From Spironucleus salmonicida (Eukaryota): a DNA stretch of 64,000 bases. The stretch covers positions 879,797-943,796 of the forward strand of contig NC_090597.1 in assembly GCF_000497125.1 (NCBI RefSeq), given 5' to 3'. The notes beneath the pieces are model-generated. The model was not told the DNA's origin and did not search any database. It saw nothing but the letters and a program-made list of their open reading frames with translations. Positions 37,425 through 51,602 of this stretch are shown piece after piece. Every line of letters begins with the position of its first letter. Position 1 is the stretch's first letter. The translations under genes and the position numbers were made by a program.

Positions 37425-38193
37425 TTTAAAATAAATGTAATAGTTATTCTTATATTCATATTGGATATGCATAAGGAATATGAGTTTCGGTTTCTTATTG
37501 TCTTTAAATAATAAGTAATTATACTTTTATATGAAACATATATTTCAAAAATACTTTTTAATACATTAGTAATAACTTATTTTATTTATAATATTAGCAT
37601 CATAAATGAAAAAACAATCTTATGTTTTATATTCCATTTGTGATTATTATCATGCTAATATTAAATTTTAATGTAAATTTTATGCTTTTCAAATCATTAA
37701 TTACTAAATTTCGATAGTGACCAAATATACCAAAAACGTATTAATTTTTATTTTATTATTATACATTAAATTGGTTAATAAATTAACTAAATAAAAAAAA
37801 ACTTGATTTTGATAGTGACAAAATTAATAATTATTCGTAAAGATTGACTTCAAGCAAAACTAAGAAATAAAATCTATAATTTTGCATGTTTAGCTATTCA
37901 CTCCCAATTCATCCGTAGCGCAACATTCTATTTCAAAAACATCAAAATCGCACAGTTATAGAAACTGTAAGAATTTCAGTTTTTATCAATTCACATGACT
38001 TAATCTTTTAAGCATAAAAGCTTTTGTAGTTCCACTGAAATGCTACCAAAGTAAAATCTGAGAATTCAATATCGCTACATGTTTTATTATCACAATATAA
38101 GTTATTAATATTATCAAGCGTTTGATATTAAAATTTCAATTCGGTCAATTTAATTCTGTAATTTTTCATATTATAAGGGTATATTATTCAACC

Positions 38194-39760
38194 TCACTTC
38201 TTTCCTTTATTAATAAAGTCATAGGCAATGGCACCACACCTATAATAACTCCAGCTAACATGCGACTGACAGACTTATACTCGAGCTTATTAACGTTTAA
38301 AAATAGGTATAGTCAACTTTTTCACTACCTACTGCACAATCTTTATGAAAATATTCTTTCAAGGGATACCCAGGAGGGAAAATTGCGTATTTATTAGTAA
38401 ATTTCCCAGTGAATTTTTCATCTATAAAAATACAATTCGATTATCTACTCAAGCCGTGTAGACGCTAGATTATCTATTCTACACTTACAAAGTATTATTG
38501 GGCATGCTCTATTCTGATACTGGAATATCCTGGTAGGTAGCAAACCTATCAGCAATAGGACAGTATATAGGTAGTTTTATAATGAGCTGTTACAATAGAT
38601 GCTAATTTTTTTCTATGCATGCTTGTAAACTCCCATGGTCGGTTCGCTATATCAAGTGCAGGTCTGACCTGTATTAATATCATGCGTAGTTTTGTGCACT
38701 GTTTTAAGTTAGTAGGGTTCTCACAGGAAGCATGAAACAAATACAAGTATTCCCAGAGTCTGGTATATCGCAAAATTCGCTGTATTTGCAATGAGTCTCT
38801 GCAATGTATGTATTAGCGTTACTAAATAGGACATATAGACGTCACTGGTACATTTGAATGCGGTAAAGCATGTGTTGCTAGCTGACATTTTGTAGCCGGC
38901 GATGCAGGTGCCGCAAGTGCCGGATTTAGCAATTGTGCAGGTTGCGCAGTTAGCTGCCCCAGAGCATTCGCACTGCGCGGTAGTGTTCATTTCGCACGAC
39001 TAGCAGGCCCCGTTGATGCCGAAATAGCCATCTTTACAGAGATTGCACACGTTCTTGTCTCCAGCACAATCTGTGCAGCCTGCAGAGCACGCCGCGCATG
39101 AACTGCCATCTAAAGCAAAGTCAGGAACGCAGCTTTTGCAGTTGGTCACGGTATCCTAACAGCTCGTACAGTTTTCCTAGCATGTTTTGCAGGTGTCTAG
39201 GCAGATTTGGTTGACTGTGCAGACTATATCGCCAGTGTTGCACTCCAACTCGCATTTCCCGCCAAAGAGCTTGTAACCAGTTTTGCATGTACCGCAGCTA
39301 TTATTATCAACAGAACAGACCTTGCAATTAGCGCCATAACAGGCCTTGCCCACCTCTACTGATGTGCACTATATGCACTTCTTCGAGCAAGCGGCACAAA
39401 TACGCTTACCCCTAGTTTCAGACCTGAAAAATCCATCCAGGTACTCAATGCACGCGGGAGCCTCCTTAGGGCCAAAATTACCGACGAAGTTTTTGTATTT
39501 ATCTGCATTTCCCCCCCATGTGACACAATTTATCCAGGCACTCTGACTTGTTATCGCGGCATACCTCGCATCTCCCACCGTTAAAACAGAAATTATTTCT
39601 GCACGTTACACACATTTTTATGTCCATTGAACAGGTCTGGCAGTTCTCTACTTAGCACACTTAGCACACTTATCGCCATTCTTGACGCAATTAATCGCAC
39701 AGCGCGTCCACGAACCGCTCCTATCGCCTACATAAGCAAGCATGTAGTCTCTGCATTTGA
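38194..39760 (-). pseudogene. Fragmented CRMP pseudogene containing an inverted partial copy of gene 30372-33101 and a relic NKGKK tail
   Basis: 38871-39058 is almost identical to 32365-32551. 39060-39760 is a diverged, frameshifted copy of ~31600-32360. Relic tail GAIAYDFINKGKK* near 38194-38235. Confidence 0.75.
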
Positions 39761-39899
39761 TATTTACTTCTTCGAGGTTTACGCTGCTGCGAACTAAAGA
39801 ATTTGCACGGAATTTCATCGCCATTTGCGCAGTGTTGGTAGTATTTTTTTGCCATTTTAATACCTGATATAAAGGCATTTGTGGATTTAATGTTGAGAA

Positions 39900-40185
39900 A
39901 ATTGGATAATTACGCAGCTGCGTACAGAAATATGTGTAGTGATGCTTATCAGGATGAAGAGTTGGAAATGATGCGTTCACTAATTGCGCTGATGAGGTTG
40001 TTGCCATATGAACTTTTTGCTTTGCGAGTGCGGATGAAGGTAATCGTCTGTCTTCTGGAGCGGTAGTAGGAATTTCGCTGGCAGTTATAGCGGGGGTATT
40101 GGGTGCTTCTGGTGGAGTTTTCTGGTATTTTAGTAGGGCGAAAATCGCAAAGCGGAAAACAGTAATGAAGTGGAGGTAGTAATGA
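39900..40185 (+). pseudogene. Orphan 3' end (TM and tail) of a CRMP, copy of the end of 53238-55652
   Basis: NRLSSGAVVGISLAVIAGVLGASGGVFWYFSRAKIAKRKTVMKWRQQ*, with an eroded upstream part. Confidence 0.8.
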
Positions 40186-40359
40186 TGAAAGTGAGCTGTT
40201 GGATGTAAATATTTATTAAATTAGTATCTACTTGGTGATAATTCAAAAGCTTGGCATTTTTCATTTTGGGGGTAAGTGACAAGGTGTGCTTAGAGGATGG
40301 AAAATAAAAACTCTGTTATAACGATAACATATATATTGAAATATATAGTAGGGAATCTA

Positions 40360-41901
40360 TCATTGAGCCTTGCCTAGTATTGTAGCCGATTCATCAATTC
40401 GCTAATATACGTTTTACTTATTATGTTTTACATTATTATTCTTTTAAACCAAATTAGATTTTTTCTTCATTAAAACAGCATAGACTACTCCGCCTATAAC
40501 AATGCCAACTACAGCTATTATGCCAACAGCAATTCCGATTATAGAGCCGCTGCTCATCTTATTTATTAATGGCAGACAGGCTCCGTCTACAAGAGATGCT
40601 TTATTTTTGCATTAGGTGCAGGAAATTTCGCTATCACAGGCCAGGCAATAATCTGGGCATTATTGACATCTATTACCTATAATTTATGACTGGCAGAAAG
40701 ATCCTGATGCACAACGGAACATTTCATTACAGAAATCCTAGACACACTTTCTATCCGAATTAAAGCGTGCGTGACCAAAGCATTCAGTGCAGGTGTCTTT
40801 GTCAGAGCAAACTCTGCATAGTTCTGGGCACTAAATGCATATATTCCCAGAGTCCAGTTCCTCACACTGCTAACCGTCAAGACAACCTCTTATACTCGTG
40901 CATTAATCCTTTACACACTAATCATCCGTAGTGAATCTATATCCATCCAAACACTCATCACATGTATCAGCTGCCGAGCATTGCTAGCAATTTTGAGAAC
41001 ATTTTAGGCAGCGATTATCCTTTTTCAAGTAGCCAGTTGAGCATCTACTGCAAACCTCTAAAGTCTTGCAGCTATCGCACCCTTCCATGCAGTTAACGCA
41101 AGTCGAACCAGTACTCTTAGCATCACAGAACTAGGTAGGTCCGCAGAGGTTATTTGTGTTGCATTCGCTCGGAACGCACTCACCACCAACCAGATCGTGG
41201 TGGTCTTTGCAGAGGCCGCATACATCCTTCGACGAACATGCGCGGCAGTTGGCTTTGCAGAGCGTGCACGTATTAGACTTCATATCAAGTAAATAGCCAT
41301 CTTTGCAAATTTAGCATTCTTAGTGGCTGGAGCATTTTTTGCAGCTTTCTGGGCAAGGCTGACATACATCATCTATTGCTCTGTAACCCTCTATACATTC
41401 ATAACATACGTTATCTTCGCAGTTTATACAGTTTTCTGGGCATTTCTGGCACACTTTATTTATAAAATTATAGTCAGGTAAGCATCGGCTACAGGACCGT
41501 TTGCTAGTGCATTCACTGCAACCTGGGGCGCAGGGCTAACAATTATGGAATCTATCTTTAAAAAATCCCTGGTTGCAATCTTTGCATACCCACTATCCAC
41601 TGCAGATATTGCAGTCCTGCACGCATTTAACACACTAACCGTCTTTAACTATGTATCCTGGGATACAGTTGGAGCATCCGCGGCTGCCACAATTTTCACA
41701 GTTTTCCTTACATGCCTTGCACGCATTATTCTCTAAGTAATACCCATATCGGCATGCTTAACATTTGCCAAGTAAAGACGCCGAGCACCTCTTGCAGTTG
41801 AATATTTCGCACTATTTGCAAATTTGTGGCTTTTTTTTGTCAGTGCTTGGGCAAACAGTGCCTTCTGGACAGGTTTTTGTAGGGCAGATGTAGGGGTTCA
41901 T
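40360..41901 (-). CDS. Cysteine-rich membrane protein (distinct MNPYICP subfamily), 513 aa
   Basis: MNPYICPTKTCPEGTVCP...KMSSGSIIGIAVGIIAVVGIVIGGVVYAVLMKKK...YQRIDESATILGKAQ*, 1542 nt in frame with TAR=Gln. Confidence 0.9.
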
Positions 41902-42539
41902 TTAATAAACTTTAGAAACTGTATTTACACTTATATATACGAATTAATATAAATGATATTATTTGCTTACTTATGTTTTACTTATAATAATAATTATTGT
42001 GCGAAAGTAAAAACGATAGTTTTTAAAGTTTATATATTTATATCTAAATAGTACTATCTCAATTTTTCCTTTATTGATTATATAATACTTATATGAATAT
42101 AAAAATAAAACTAGATCCTCAAAATACTAAATTACAATTAAAAGTTTCATGTAATGTGAAATATTTACGCATATTACAAATTATTATTTTATATTAAAAA
42201 AATATATTAAATAGATCATATTTAAATTATATTGAAATTATTTATCAATATAGATTGTATTGGACCTATATATTATCAACATACATCTTCAGTTACAAAT
42301 CATTGTTTCTATACATTTACCATATACCATAATTTCGCATATTTTATTTTCAAATTTAGTTTCCGCTGTATACTTTTTTAAATAGTAAAGGCGTTTCAGC
42401 TGATTAGATATAAACTTGTATCAATGTATATAACACTAAAACTGATAAAATAGCAGCAAAAGCTACAACTGTTCCACCCGCAGTGGAAGGGCTGGGATTT
42501 CAGCGCGAATACTTGAATCATCATGTGCTAAATAAGATG

Positions 42540-43200
42540 GATGCGTAGAGAAGTGCAGTGAATGAAATATAGGTCATTTGGGCAGTAGAAGCGTTTTTGA
42601 GGTGTGCCTGTGGGAGCTATGATAGAAAAGTATTTAAATATGTTAGAGAGACTTTTTCCTGAAATATGGAGATATTTGTGTCGCAGGATACAGGAAGATA
42701 GCGAATTTGTGCGGTGTATGTACAGATTGGTATCGGTAATTAACTAAATTTGGAGAAAATTAGGTCGAAAGGGTGAACCTTGCTCATATAGAGTTGATTT
42801 GTTCTATGCTAGCCTCGCTGTACACCAGATGATAATTAGCTGAGATGATAGCATATTGTGAACGGGAATTAGAGGAGGGCAGCGCATGCATTGGGACTGC
42901 TGCCGCGGCATGCAGAATTGAACCCAAAACAACTGTTTGCATGCGCATAGCCTCTGCTAACCGTCATACCTGAGCCAAAGATAAGACTAAATGCATTTCT
43001 TGCCTCCTTGGGTACAAATTCCAAACGGGTAAATGCAAAAATATGTGAAGATTGTTCTATCTAGTCAGTACCCTGATGTTTTGCATCAATAGAGGTATCT
43101 GGCAGCATCCCTGGAGGCGTGGTAGCAAGAATTGTGGTTGCGGGCGCCTTCGGGCCAACCTTACTTTATATGCCGTCAAGAAGGCAGGAACCGATAGCTG
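42540..43200 (+). pseudogene. Heavily eroded CRMP relic (copy at ~58010-58630)
   Basis: Residual ACIGTAAAAC, KDKTKCISCLLGYKF and PGGVVARIVVAG fragments in shifting frames. Confidence 0.6.
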
Positions 43201-43639
43201 TCCTAATATTAACTTCGCAATATAATTTAAATATAATATATTTGGCAAGAAAATATATTATATGCTACTGTAATCATACGTACGTGGGGGTTTTCAATCC
43301 TAAAACTGCCTATGATTTCCCCATACTTAGGCTCACTATATTAATCGAAAATGCTGCTAATATAATTTTTGAGCATAGCACTGGTTTTAGTAAACTAGTG
43401 GCCGATGACGATTTTTTATTAAAATTTATGTACGTATTATATATTATTGTATATATTAAATTTTGAATAAAAATGAGGATCCTAAAAGTCCAATTACAGC
43501 TACACTGCAAAGGTTGTTTAGTATGTGATACTAAGGTATAACAGAGCATATGGTACTTATTGTTTCATTAATCCGATTAAATTAAAGTATAATGAATTAA
43601 TATCGCCACGTTACAGGTCATGGTTACAAGATGTTGCTA

Positions 43640-44130
43640 TCAGTAATGGGATAGCTGAGAACATTGCATTTCTTCTTAAAGTAGATAACCTGGCCGGTAG
43701 TCACACCGTTACTATAGACCATTATCAGCAAATAGTTACCGTGCTCGTGCTGACGGCATACCGCTTTAGAACTGAGAGTGCTCAACACAGCTATTTTGTT
43801 ATAAATAATACTCTTTATCATATCAGTAGCATGCGCAATCAGACAGACGGAAGGCTCTCATGCACTGGGTGGAGGCCCTCCCATCACGGAGCAAGCAGGT
43901 GTGAAGATTACCACATGTGCACAAAGAGAATCGACCTTTGGTACCACACTTTATATGCCTTCCACCATGATAGAATTCACCTTCCTTGAGCTCCTGACTG
44001 CAGTTGAAACATATTTTCCGTCCTTTTTCGCACATTAAAAAAAACACAGCACGCAGCCTACTAACCTGGTATGCATTTCATCTAACTTTTCAGCTCATAG
44101 TTAGTGCAACTCTTCGACGTCCTCAGGTAG
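43640..44130 (-). pseudogene. Eroded CRMP-like relic (copy at ~59100-59560)
   Basis: Cys-spaced fragment CSQELKEGEFYHGGRHIKCG...CTCGNLHTC resembles the penultimate CRMP module. Confidence 0.45.
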
Positions 44131-45688
44131 AATCGTAATCGTTCATGATTTATATCTTGTATGTACCCGTTTTAAGGAATAAACCATTTTCGCATTTATT
44201 CCATATCCTCATATCATTTGATCAGGGTTAATAATTATATATGTTGTATCTAGCATATTACTCCTTATTTTGGATGATTCAACATACATATCGTTCATTA
44301 TCCGGTGATACTGTATCATTTTAGCATCTATCGCTATTTTCAACTTCACAAAGTGTGAAATTTTAAGAACACTAATATTAGTAGATATCTTAATTACCTA
44401 GCTAACATGGTTTCCTATAAGTTACTGAGTGAATAAAATTGTATATCCAACTGGTACACACATCATCGGAAATTGAATTCTCTTTGCAGAGCAAATAGTA
44501 ATCCTTGGAATAATTTTAAAACGTAATTAGCTTGAAATAATAGCGTGGGAGGCAGGCTGCGCAGGTTATCTGTATGTTGATACTATGTTATTGGTGTCAG
44601 TATGAATGTCATTTAATATTTACTGATTTGCAAATTAGCAGTATCTAGAGTTATAGCAATTCCAATCGTATTATTCTTGGATTTTACTTTTTAGACAAAT
44701 ATCATATGATCCCATAGACTCATATTAACAATATTAGCATACTCTGCACGCTTGATCTGGGTTAATATATTACTAAAGGCTTATATAATAGTGAAAACAT
44801 TATTGTAGGAATATAAGTATTCTCTATTATATTAACTTTCACAATCAATTTATGATAGTAGTTACCTGAACACATTGCACGCTCTTAACTGCATTCAGCA
44901 CAATCTTTTTATTCTAAATCTTATGCTAGCGCCATGTTATGGTATAAATAGCTCTAAGTACAATTGAGAGAGGACTTATTTCAGATTATTGGCGTATATG
45001 TCATTTTATTGTAGCTAATTTTTATATAAGACAAGAAAAACATAATAATTAACTAGCAGTTTCTATATCTAAGATTAGTCTTGATATTCTAATCAATTTA
45101 CTGGTATATATCAAATTTAAGTCTAGTTTTTATCTAGACGCATGTATTAAATAGCATATTCTAATTCTTCGTGAAATACATTTTTCTAGTATATACCTTA
45201 CTACTATTAGTTTTAGCTATCATACATGACTATGCTCTATCTATTTTAGATAGTCGATAATTAACATACCTTGATGAATCTCTTTAATGCTTACCCTGTA
45301 GCAATTGATTTTGCCTCAGCAGATAATATTTACTTACAGTTATCAAAAATGACAAAACTGACTATCATAATATTTAACACGGCATTGACTATTACTGGTA
45401 CTCCGCTTTATCTATAGACTAGTATTCTCAATTTAACATAATTGTACTATTTGATCTATGTATATGCTGTTCGCATACTCTAGTATAATTATCCTCATGT
45501 TATTTTAATATTATGTTAAACCAGATTATGAAATTGCAAAATTTAGGATCTAGTTAAATATTTATAAACCTAAAATTAGTATCATTCATACAATTAAAAA
45601 TCTAGATATTTCAAATCTGACTAACAACATATTCTGAAATCTAAATCAAGTATTAGAAAGCTTTTGTTTATTTAAAATAATAAATTCC

Positions 45689-46558
45689 TCACTACTTTTT
45701 ATTTTTTATCTTTTTACATAAAATAATATCGAGCATTCCCCAAATAATACATAAAGCTACTAATGTTCCTAACAAAATATTAAAAACAATAGTGTCGTTA
45801 CTTGGAATTGGACAAATTGGATTTAAATCTTCTACTGGACTGCAAATTTTACCTACTAGCTCGAATCCAGATTCGCACTAGGTACATCTATCATTTTCAC
45901 CCATTATAAAATGTGGCATGCAAGATGCACACCCATTTTTAGATTCGTTGCAAGTTCTACAGTTTTAAACTTCATTACAATAACATTGGGAAGTTATATT
46001 TACATCACATGCTGCTAATGTTCCATTTAAGCAGTAATGGTCCACTAAACGATTAATACATTATTTTGTACAAATTCCATTAAATAAAGTTGTTCCAACA
46101 TAGCAATTCGTGCAGAATTCTTTTGTAGAACATTAAGTACATTATTAGTCACAAAATTCACAGATTTTTAAACATTTATTGCAATAGCCTATATTGTACT
46201 TTTAACAATCAGCATTAGTTTCGCACGGAAACCCACATTAATTAGTCCATAAATTCAGATTATAACCGTCTATACATTCAAAGCATTACGTTTTGTCACA
46301 GCGTAAACAATCTAACGCACATTTAAAGCACGTACCATTAGGTTGCAGTGAATATTGATTTATACATTCTACGCATCTTCCATTTTAACATTTTAAACAA
46401 TTCTTAATCATTTTAAAGTCTACGCAGTTACAACCATAATGCTCTCTTATTGTCGTAGAACATGTTTAACATTGCCGGCTAGCAGTCTGCAGTGAAGGAC
46501 AATATTAATCAACCAAGCAAGTGTTATTTTAACCTGAACAAGTTTTTGCTTCTTTCAT
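45689..46558 (-). CDS. Divergent AT-rich cysteine-rich membrane protein, 289 aa
   Basis: MKEAKTCSGQNNTCLVDQYCP, TM IVFNILLGTLVALCIIWGMLDIILCKKIKNKKQ*, stop in TAGTGA, 870 nt in frame. Confidence 0.85.
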
Positions 46559-47317
46559 TTTTAATGAAGCTGACTATACTAATAATATGAATACTTTGTT
46601 GTATAAATTTTAAATGGGTATAACAGAAACTAGAATTTTATAGAATAATTTATATTAATGAGCTATATAAATAACATAGATTATCTTAAGGTAAATGAGT
46701 AGTTTTTATAATTTTTAGCATATATATTTATAAATACGCTAGTTACGATAAAGTAAAAACAAAATAGATTTCATATTAGCTTAGATTAGTTTTATAATAG
46801 TAATAAAAATTGATAATCATATATTATAATTTAGTATTATGTAAATACGGACTGTATTATTAATAAATATAATTCATGGAAATTGTTAATACATAGACAT
46901 AGGATATTGCATATTTTAATATATAAATAATTAATAAAATATATTAAAAACCTTTAAAAACTAATTTTTTAAATCAAAATAACAAATTAATTTATATACG
47001 GTATTATTAATTATATAATTTTGAAATTCAAAATAATATATTGTAATAAACTTATAAATTACGATAATTATCCATAAACTTCGTACCATGAAATTGTATT
47101 TTGGACGTAATTAATTAAATAAGCAATGAATCCATTGTTAATATTTTCCCAATTCAAGGGAATACAATATAAGGTGTTATAATTTAGTTTTTCGAAAATT
47201 TATTATATGAAATATTATTATGTTTAATTTTTAATATAACAATCTCAAAAAACTAAAAACTATTAATACTAGTTATTATCTGTATTCGTCATCACCAAGC
47301 ACTAATCCCTCACCTAA

Positions 47318-49702
47318 ATGTCAAAATGTTCGTCCCCCACCGACCACATCGCCTGCCCTGAAAAATTTTACTGTCCTAGTGATGCCTCACAAGCCGAACA
47401 GAAAGACTGCCTCCCTTGTAATAAATCCTGCGAATAATGCAACGGACCCGATGCAAACAATTGTTTGACTTGTCCTACCGGATAATACCTAACAGAAGAT
47501 TAAACTTGCGCCGCCTGTGACGCTAAATGCGCAGCCTGTCGTGGATCCCCGACCATCTGTCAAGCCTGCGCTAACAGCTACGAGCTCAAAGACCAGACCT
47601 GCTCAACCTGCGTTATTTCACGAACCAAAAGCTGCACATGCGGAAAATCCATCAATTGTGCGACCTGTAAAGATGACGATCAAACAGTGTGCGGATTCTG
47701 CTCCAAAAAGTACGACCTGAACACGGAAAAGCCGTGCACGGTATGCAGAGCAGGCTACATCGAAACGACCATCGACCGCGTCAAAACCTGCGTTAAATGC
47801 GATGCACCTTGTACATCCTGCTCTGCAGAGGACGTATGCACCGCCTGCAAGGACGGGTACGTTTTGACCAACAGCACTTGTACAGTCTGCCAGGAGAATA
47901 TCACCGAAAACTGCATATGTGGCAGCGCGAAAAATTGTTCCACGTGCGATTTAACTGATATAGCTAAGTGCGGTAGCTGCTCTGGAAATTTCTAGCTTTC
48001 GGACAGCAAAATATGTGAAACGTGCAAACCCGGTTACTTCGCCTCTAATACCTCGCCACTTACCTGCGAAAAGTGTCCCATCACCTGCCTGACCTGCACC
48101 AACGCTGCCACCTGCCAGACCTGCCAAAATGGTAACTTCCTCCTAAATAGCGTCTGCATCCCCTGCGTTGCCGGCCAAGCATAAGAGTGCACATGCGGGT
48201 TGGTCAAAAACTGCGATATCTGCGATACCAATAACGCATCTAACTGCGCCTCCTGTATCGGCGATTTCGAAATTTCTGGTTCTGAGCCCTGTACGGTCTG
48301 CAAGACTGGTTTTTACGCAAATCTGGCAAGCCCAAAAACATGCTCAAAGTGCGCGCAGGGGTGCGCTATCTGCGCGTCAGCAAACGATTGTAATACCTGC
48401 GAAAACGATTATTCCATGCTCGGTACCACCTGCGAAAAGTGCAAATCCGGCCAGTCTGGCCCCTGCCAGTGCGAGAGCTTCAATAACTGCGCCACGTGCG
48501 ACCTTAACACCAAAAAGTGTTCATCCTGCATCACTAATTACGACGTTAACAGCGACCCGCCCTGCTCTTCCTGCGTCTCTGGCATGTTCCTCGACACGTA
48601 AAATAGCTGCAAAAACTGCGCTGCAAACTGCTTAAAATGCGCATCATTATCATCTTGCACATCGTGCGACGCCGGCTACGCCATTGAAGGCGGGGCCTGC
48701 AGCAAGTGCCCCACAAATTGCAAAACCTGCACTTCCGCAAATTCATGCTAAACCTGCGAAAGCGGATTCCATCTGGTGTCATTATAGTGCGTTCGCGACT
48801 GCACGGAGCAAACTGACTGCGCTGGAAATCAGATTTGCGATTCCACGTGCAAAGACTGCGCAGAGGGCTGCGCGAGCTGCGAGGTGAGCATTGGGGACTG
48901 CAAAAGCTGTGATTCTGGATATAAGCTAAACGGGTAAAAATGCGAGGCGTGCGCCGCTGGGTGCGCGATTTGCGATGGCGAGGCTTGTATGGCGTGCAAA
49001 AATGGTTATTATATGCTGAGTGGAGTTTGCACGAATTGCAGTGGAAATGATGGCGCTGAGTGCGTTTGCGGGGTGGAGAGAAAGTGCGCTGCGTGTGATA
49101 ATGGGGATAGTTCGAAGTGTGGATCGTGTGTAGTTGGGTACGCTAAGGGCGAGTCTGGGAAGTGCGATTCGTGCGCAGACGGGTATATTATGGTGAATTT
49201 GGCGTGTGTCTAGTGCGATTTAAAATGCAAGACTTGCTGTAGGGGCGCAGAAATTTGCGACTCTTGCGCGGATTCATACCATATGACTACTAATTAGACG
49301 TGTGAGGCGGATTGCGGTGCTGGGATTGTGGATGGGATGGTCTGCGTGGGTGGTACTTCGATTCCATGTGGAGGAGTGGGATAGAGTTCGGAATGCAAAT
49401 GCCAAAATTCAAAGAATTGCTTCACCTGCTCAGAAGACAAGTCTAAGTGCAAATAGTGCCTATCTGGATATATGCTAGAATAGGAATTATGTAATAAATG
49501 TGAAGATGGCGCAGTTAGTATTGGCGGATTCTGTTTTGTTGAATAGGTTAGTCCGGCCTAATCACTTTCTGGTGGGGCTATTACTGGAATTGTAATTACC
49601 GTTTTAATTATTATAGGTGCTATATGTTTTGGTATATTCTGGTATATGAAGAAAGTTAAAATAACGAAGCCACTGGTCGAGTCTGGCGTGGCTATCCAGT
49701 GA
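47318..49702 (+). CDS. Cysteine-rich membrane protein (long-tail type), 794 aa
   Basis: MSKCSSPTDHIACPEKFYCP. Track ORFs 47687, 48200 and 48989 are in one frame. [34 protein letters not shown], stop in CAGTGA. Confidence 0.92.
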
Positions 49703-49929
49703 GAAATCAGAATTATAAGGAAAAATATTAATTATTTATAATTCAAATTCAAATGAGTATAATTGATAGATCAATAGCTAACTAACATTAACATAGCTTT
49801 ACATTTTAGATTGACTTAATTTATAAAATAATAAGATTTAAAGAATTAGAAAGCTAAAACTGATTAGCACATTAGTTTAGATTTAAAATTAAGTAATTTA
49901 AAATTTAATTTCTTAAATTAGTTTCTTAA

Positions 49930-50300
49930 TGACTTATTTATGCTTAGCCATCTTGATGAAATATGGCGCTAGGTCAGTACCACTAATAGTATCACTACCA
50001 GATACACAGCCATTACAATTACGACTACTTCACTGTTAGCTCAATTAATTTCTTGCTCCTCAATTATTTCAGATGGAAACAGGATTCGCCAACTTTAGAA
50101 GTATATTCTGTACATTATTAGCAATTAACAATATTATATTCATAGTCTGGAACACACGAAGCACACTGTAGAGGATTCATCATCTGTATTTATTAAAGCT
50201 AAAATTATAATTTGCTCTATCTGTACACGCAGCACACGTATTCTTCTGAGAATTTGAATAGGTACATAATGTATTTACACTCCGTATCAACTGGAACTAG
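49930..50300 (-). pseudogene. Eroded CRMP 3' relic
   Basis: Residual CASCVPDYEY, VGESCF and hydrophobic-segment/YFIK fragments in broken frames. Confidence 0.45.
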
Positions 50301-50631
50301 AATCTTCTTTCACATCATGTAGTTATTAGTAAATCATTATCATAAAAATGTAACTTATTCTTGTAGCATTTCAAAAAGAGTAATTAATTTCATAATTCAC
50401 AATTGTGAAGAAAAGAATTAGAACCCATTTCAATCAATCTCTAAATGCATATATATGATGGTGATTTACTACTATAACTATCTTATATGTTTAAACAAAT
50501 TCAAATATATTGCGGTGGACTCAAGTATTCGTTAACAAACTGTTGTAAGTGAGTTATCATGAAGAGTAACGCATTAGTCAATAATATTTAAATTCACAAA
50601 AATACCGTATATGACTTTATAATTATTACTA

Positions 50632-51602
50632 TCACTTCTTTCATTTCTTGATGAAGTAAAAAGCAAGTCCACCACCAACAGCACCAACTACCACTAAAAC
50701 AGCTACCAAGATACCCGCAACTGCACCTCCGGACAAATTACGACTGGGAATTACAGCTAAAAAGCAGAAATCTCCAATTTTCTCATCGCCTTCGACGCAC
50801 TCTTATCATTTTTCGTCTTTAAGCACATACCCTGGAAGGCACGACCCACATTTACCGTAAGGTGTTAACATACACTTACCTTCAAATAACCGATAATTCT
50901 TAGAATCTATGCAACCAGTGCATGTTGTCTTGTCGGCATCAGAACATGTACATAACGGATCAGTGCAAAGCCCAGCTGATATTTTCGGAAGTTTTGAACA
51001 AGTTAAGCAATTCTCTCCTCCTGGTCCACACCTGCATTATGTTTTCTGGTCAGCAGAGCCACAGTCAACTTGAATATTATTAACACATGCCTTATGTTCA
51101 CTAATGGGTCTACATGGAACTATACACATTTATTTTATGCTCATCTCATGGTTAGCTTTACATTTTGTGCATTTCGTCTAGCTTCTACATTTCTCGCAGG
51201 TGTCGTGGCAGACGCTACAGACATTACCAGTAGGTTTTAATTAGCAAAACTATGATTTTTTACAAGATTTCTCGGAATCACATTCATTTATAATAGCTTG
51301 AGATTTTTTACATATATCGCCTGTAACTTCAAAGCCAACCGCACATGCTGTGCATTTTGCTGCGTTATCACATGTTATGCAGTTATCAGAGCATGCTTTG
51401 CATTCGGTCGAATCTTCATCTAAGTAATAATTTGGTTAGCATCCACTGCATACGTCTTCATTACCCTCTGTACAGGCATTGCAACCAGGATTAGCTGCAA
51501 TATTACATTTATTACATTATTTTCGCTTGTTGCAGTTGCATCACTTGGAGATACTTGTAGTTCTTGGCATTTCTTTCCGCTGTTGTCACATTAAGATGTC
51601 AT
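50632..51602 (-). pseudogene. CRMP1-like pseudogene
   Basis: MTSQCDNSGKKC start, -1 frameshift at ~51520, and a tail reading FYFIKK*KK* (TGA at 50641-50643 where the 36420 paralog has KKGKK). Confidence 0.82.

Larger units (their letters stand above)
40000..45760 (+). repeat. ~5.7-kb direct segmental duplication, copy A (partner ~55480-61185)
   Basis: Collinear near-identity at an offset of ~15.47 kb, including a whole CRMP gene, two CRMP relics and an eroded LRR-like stretch. Confidence 0.9.
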
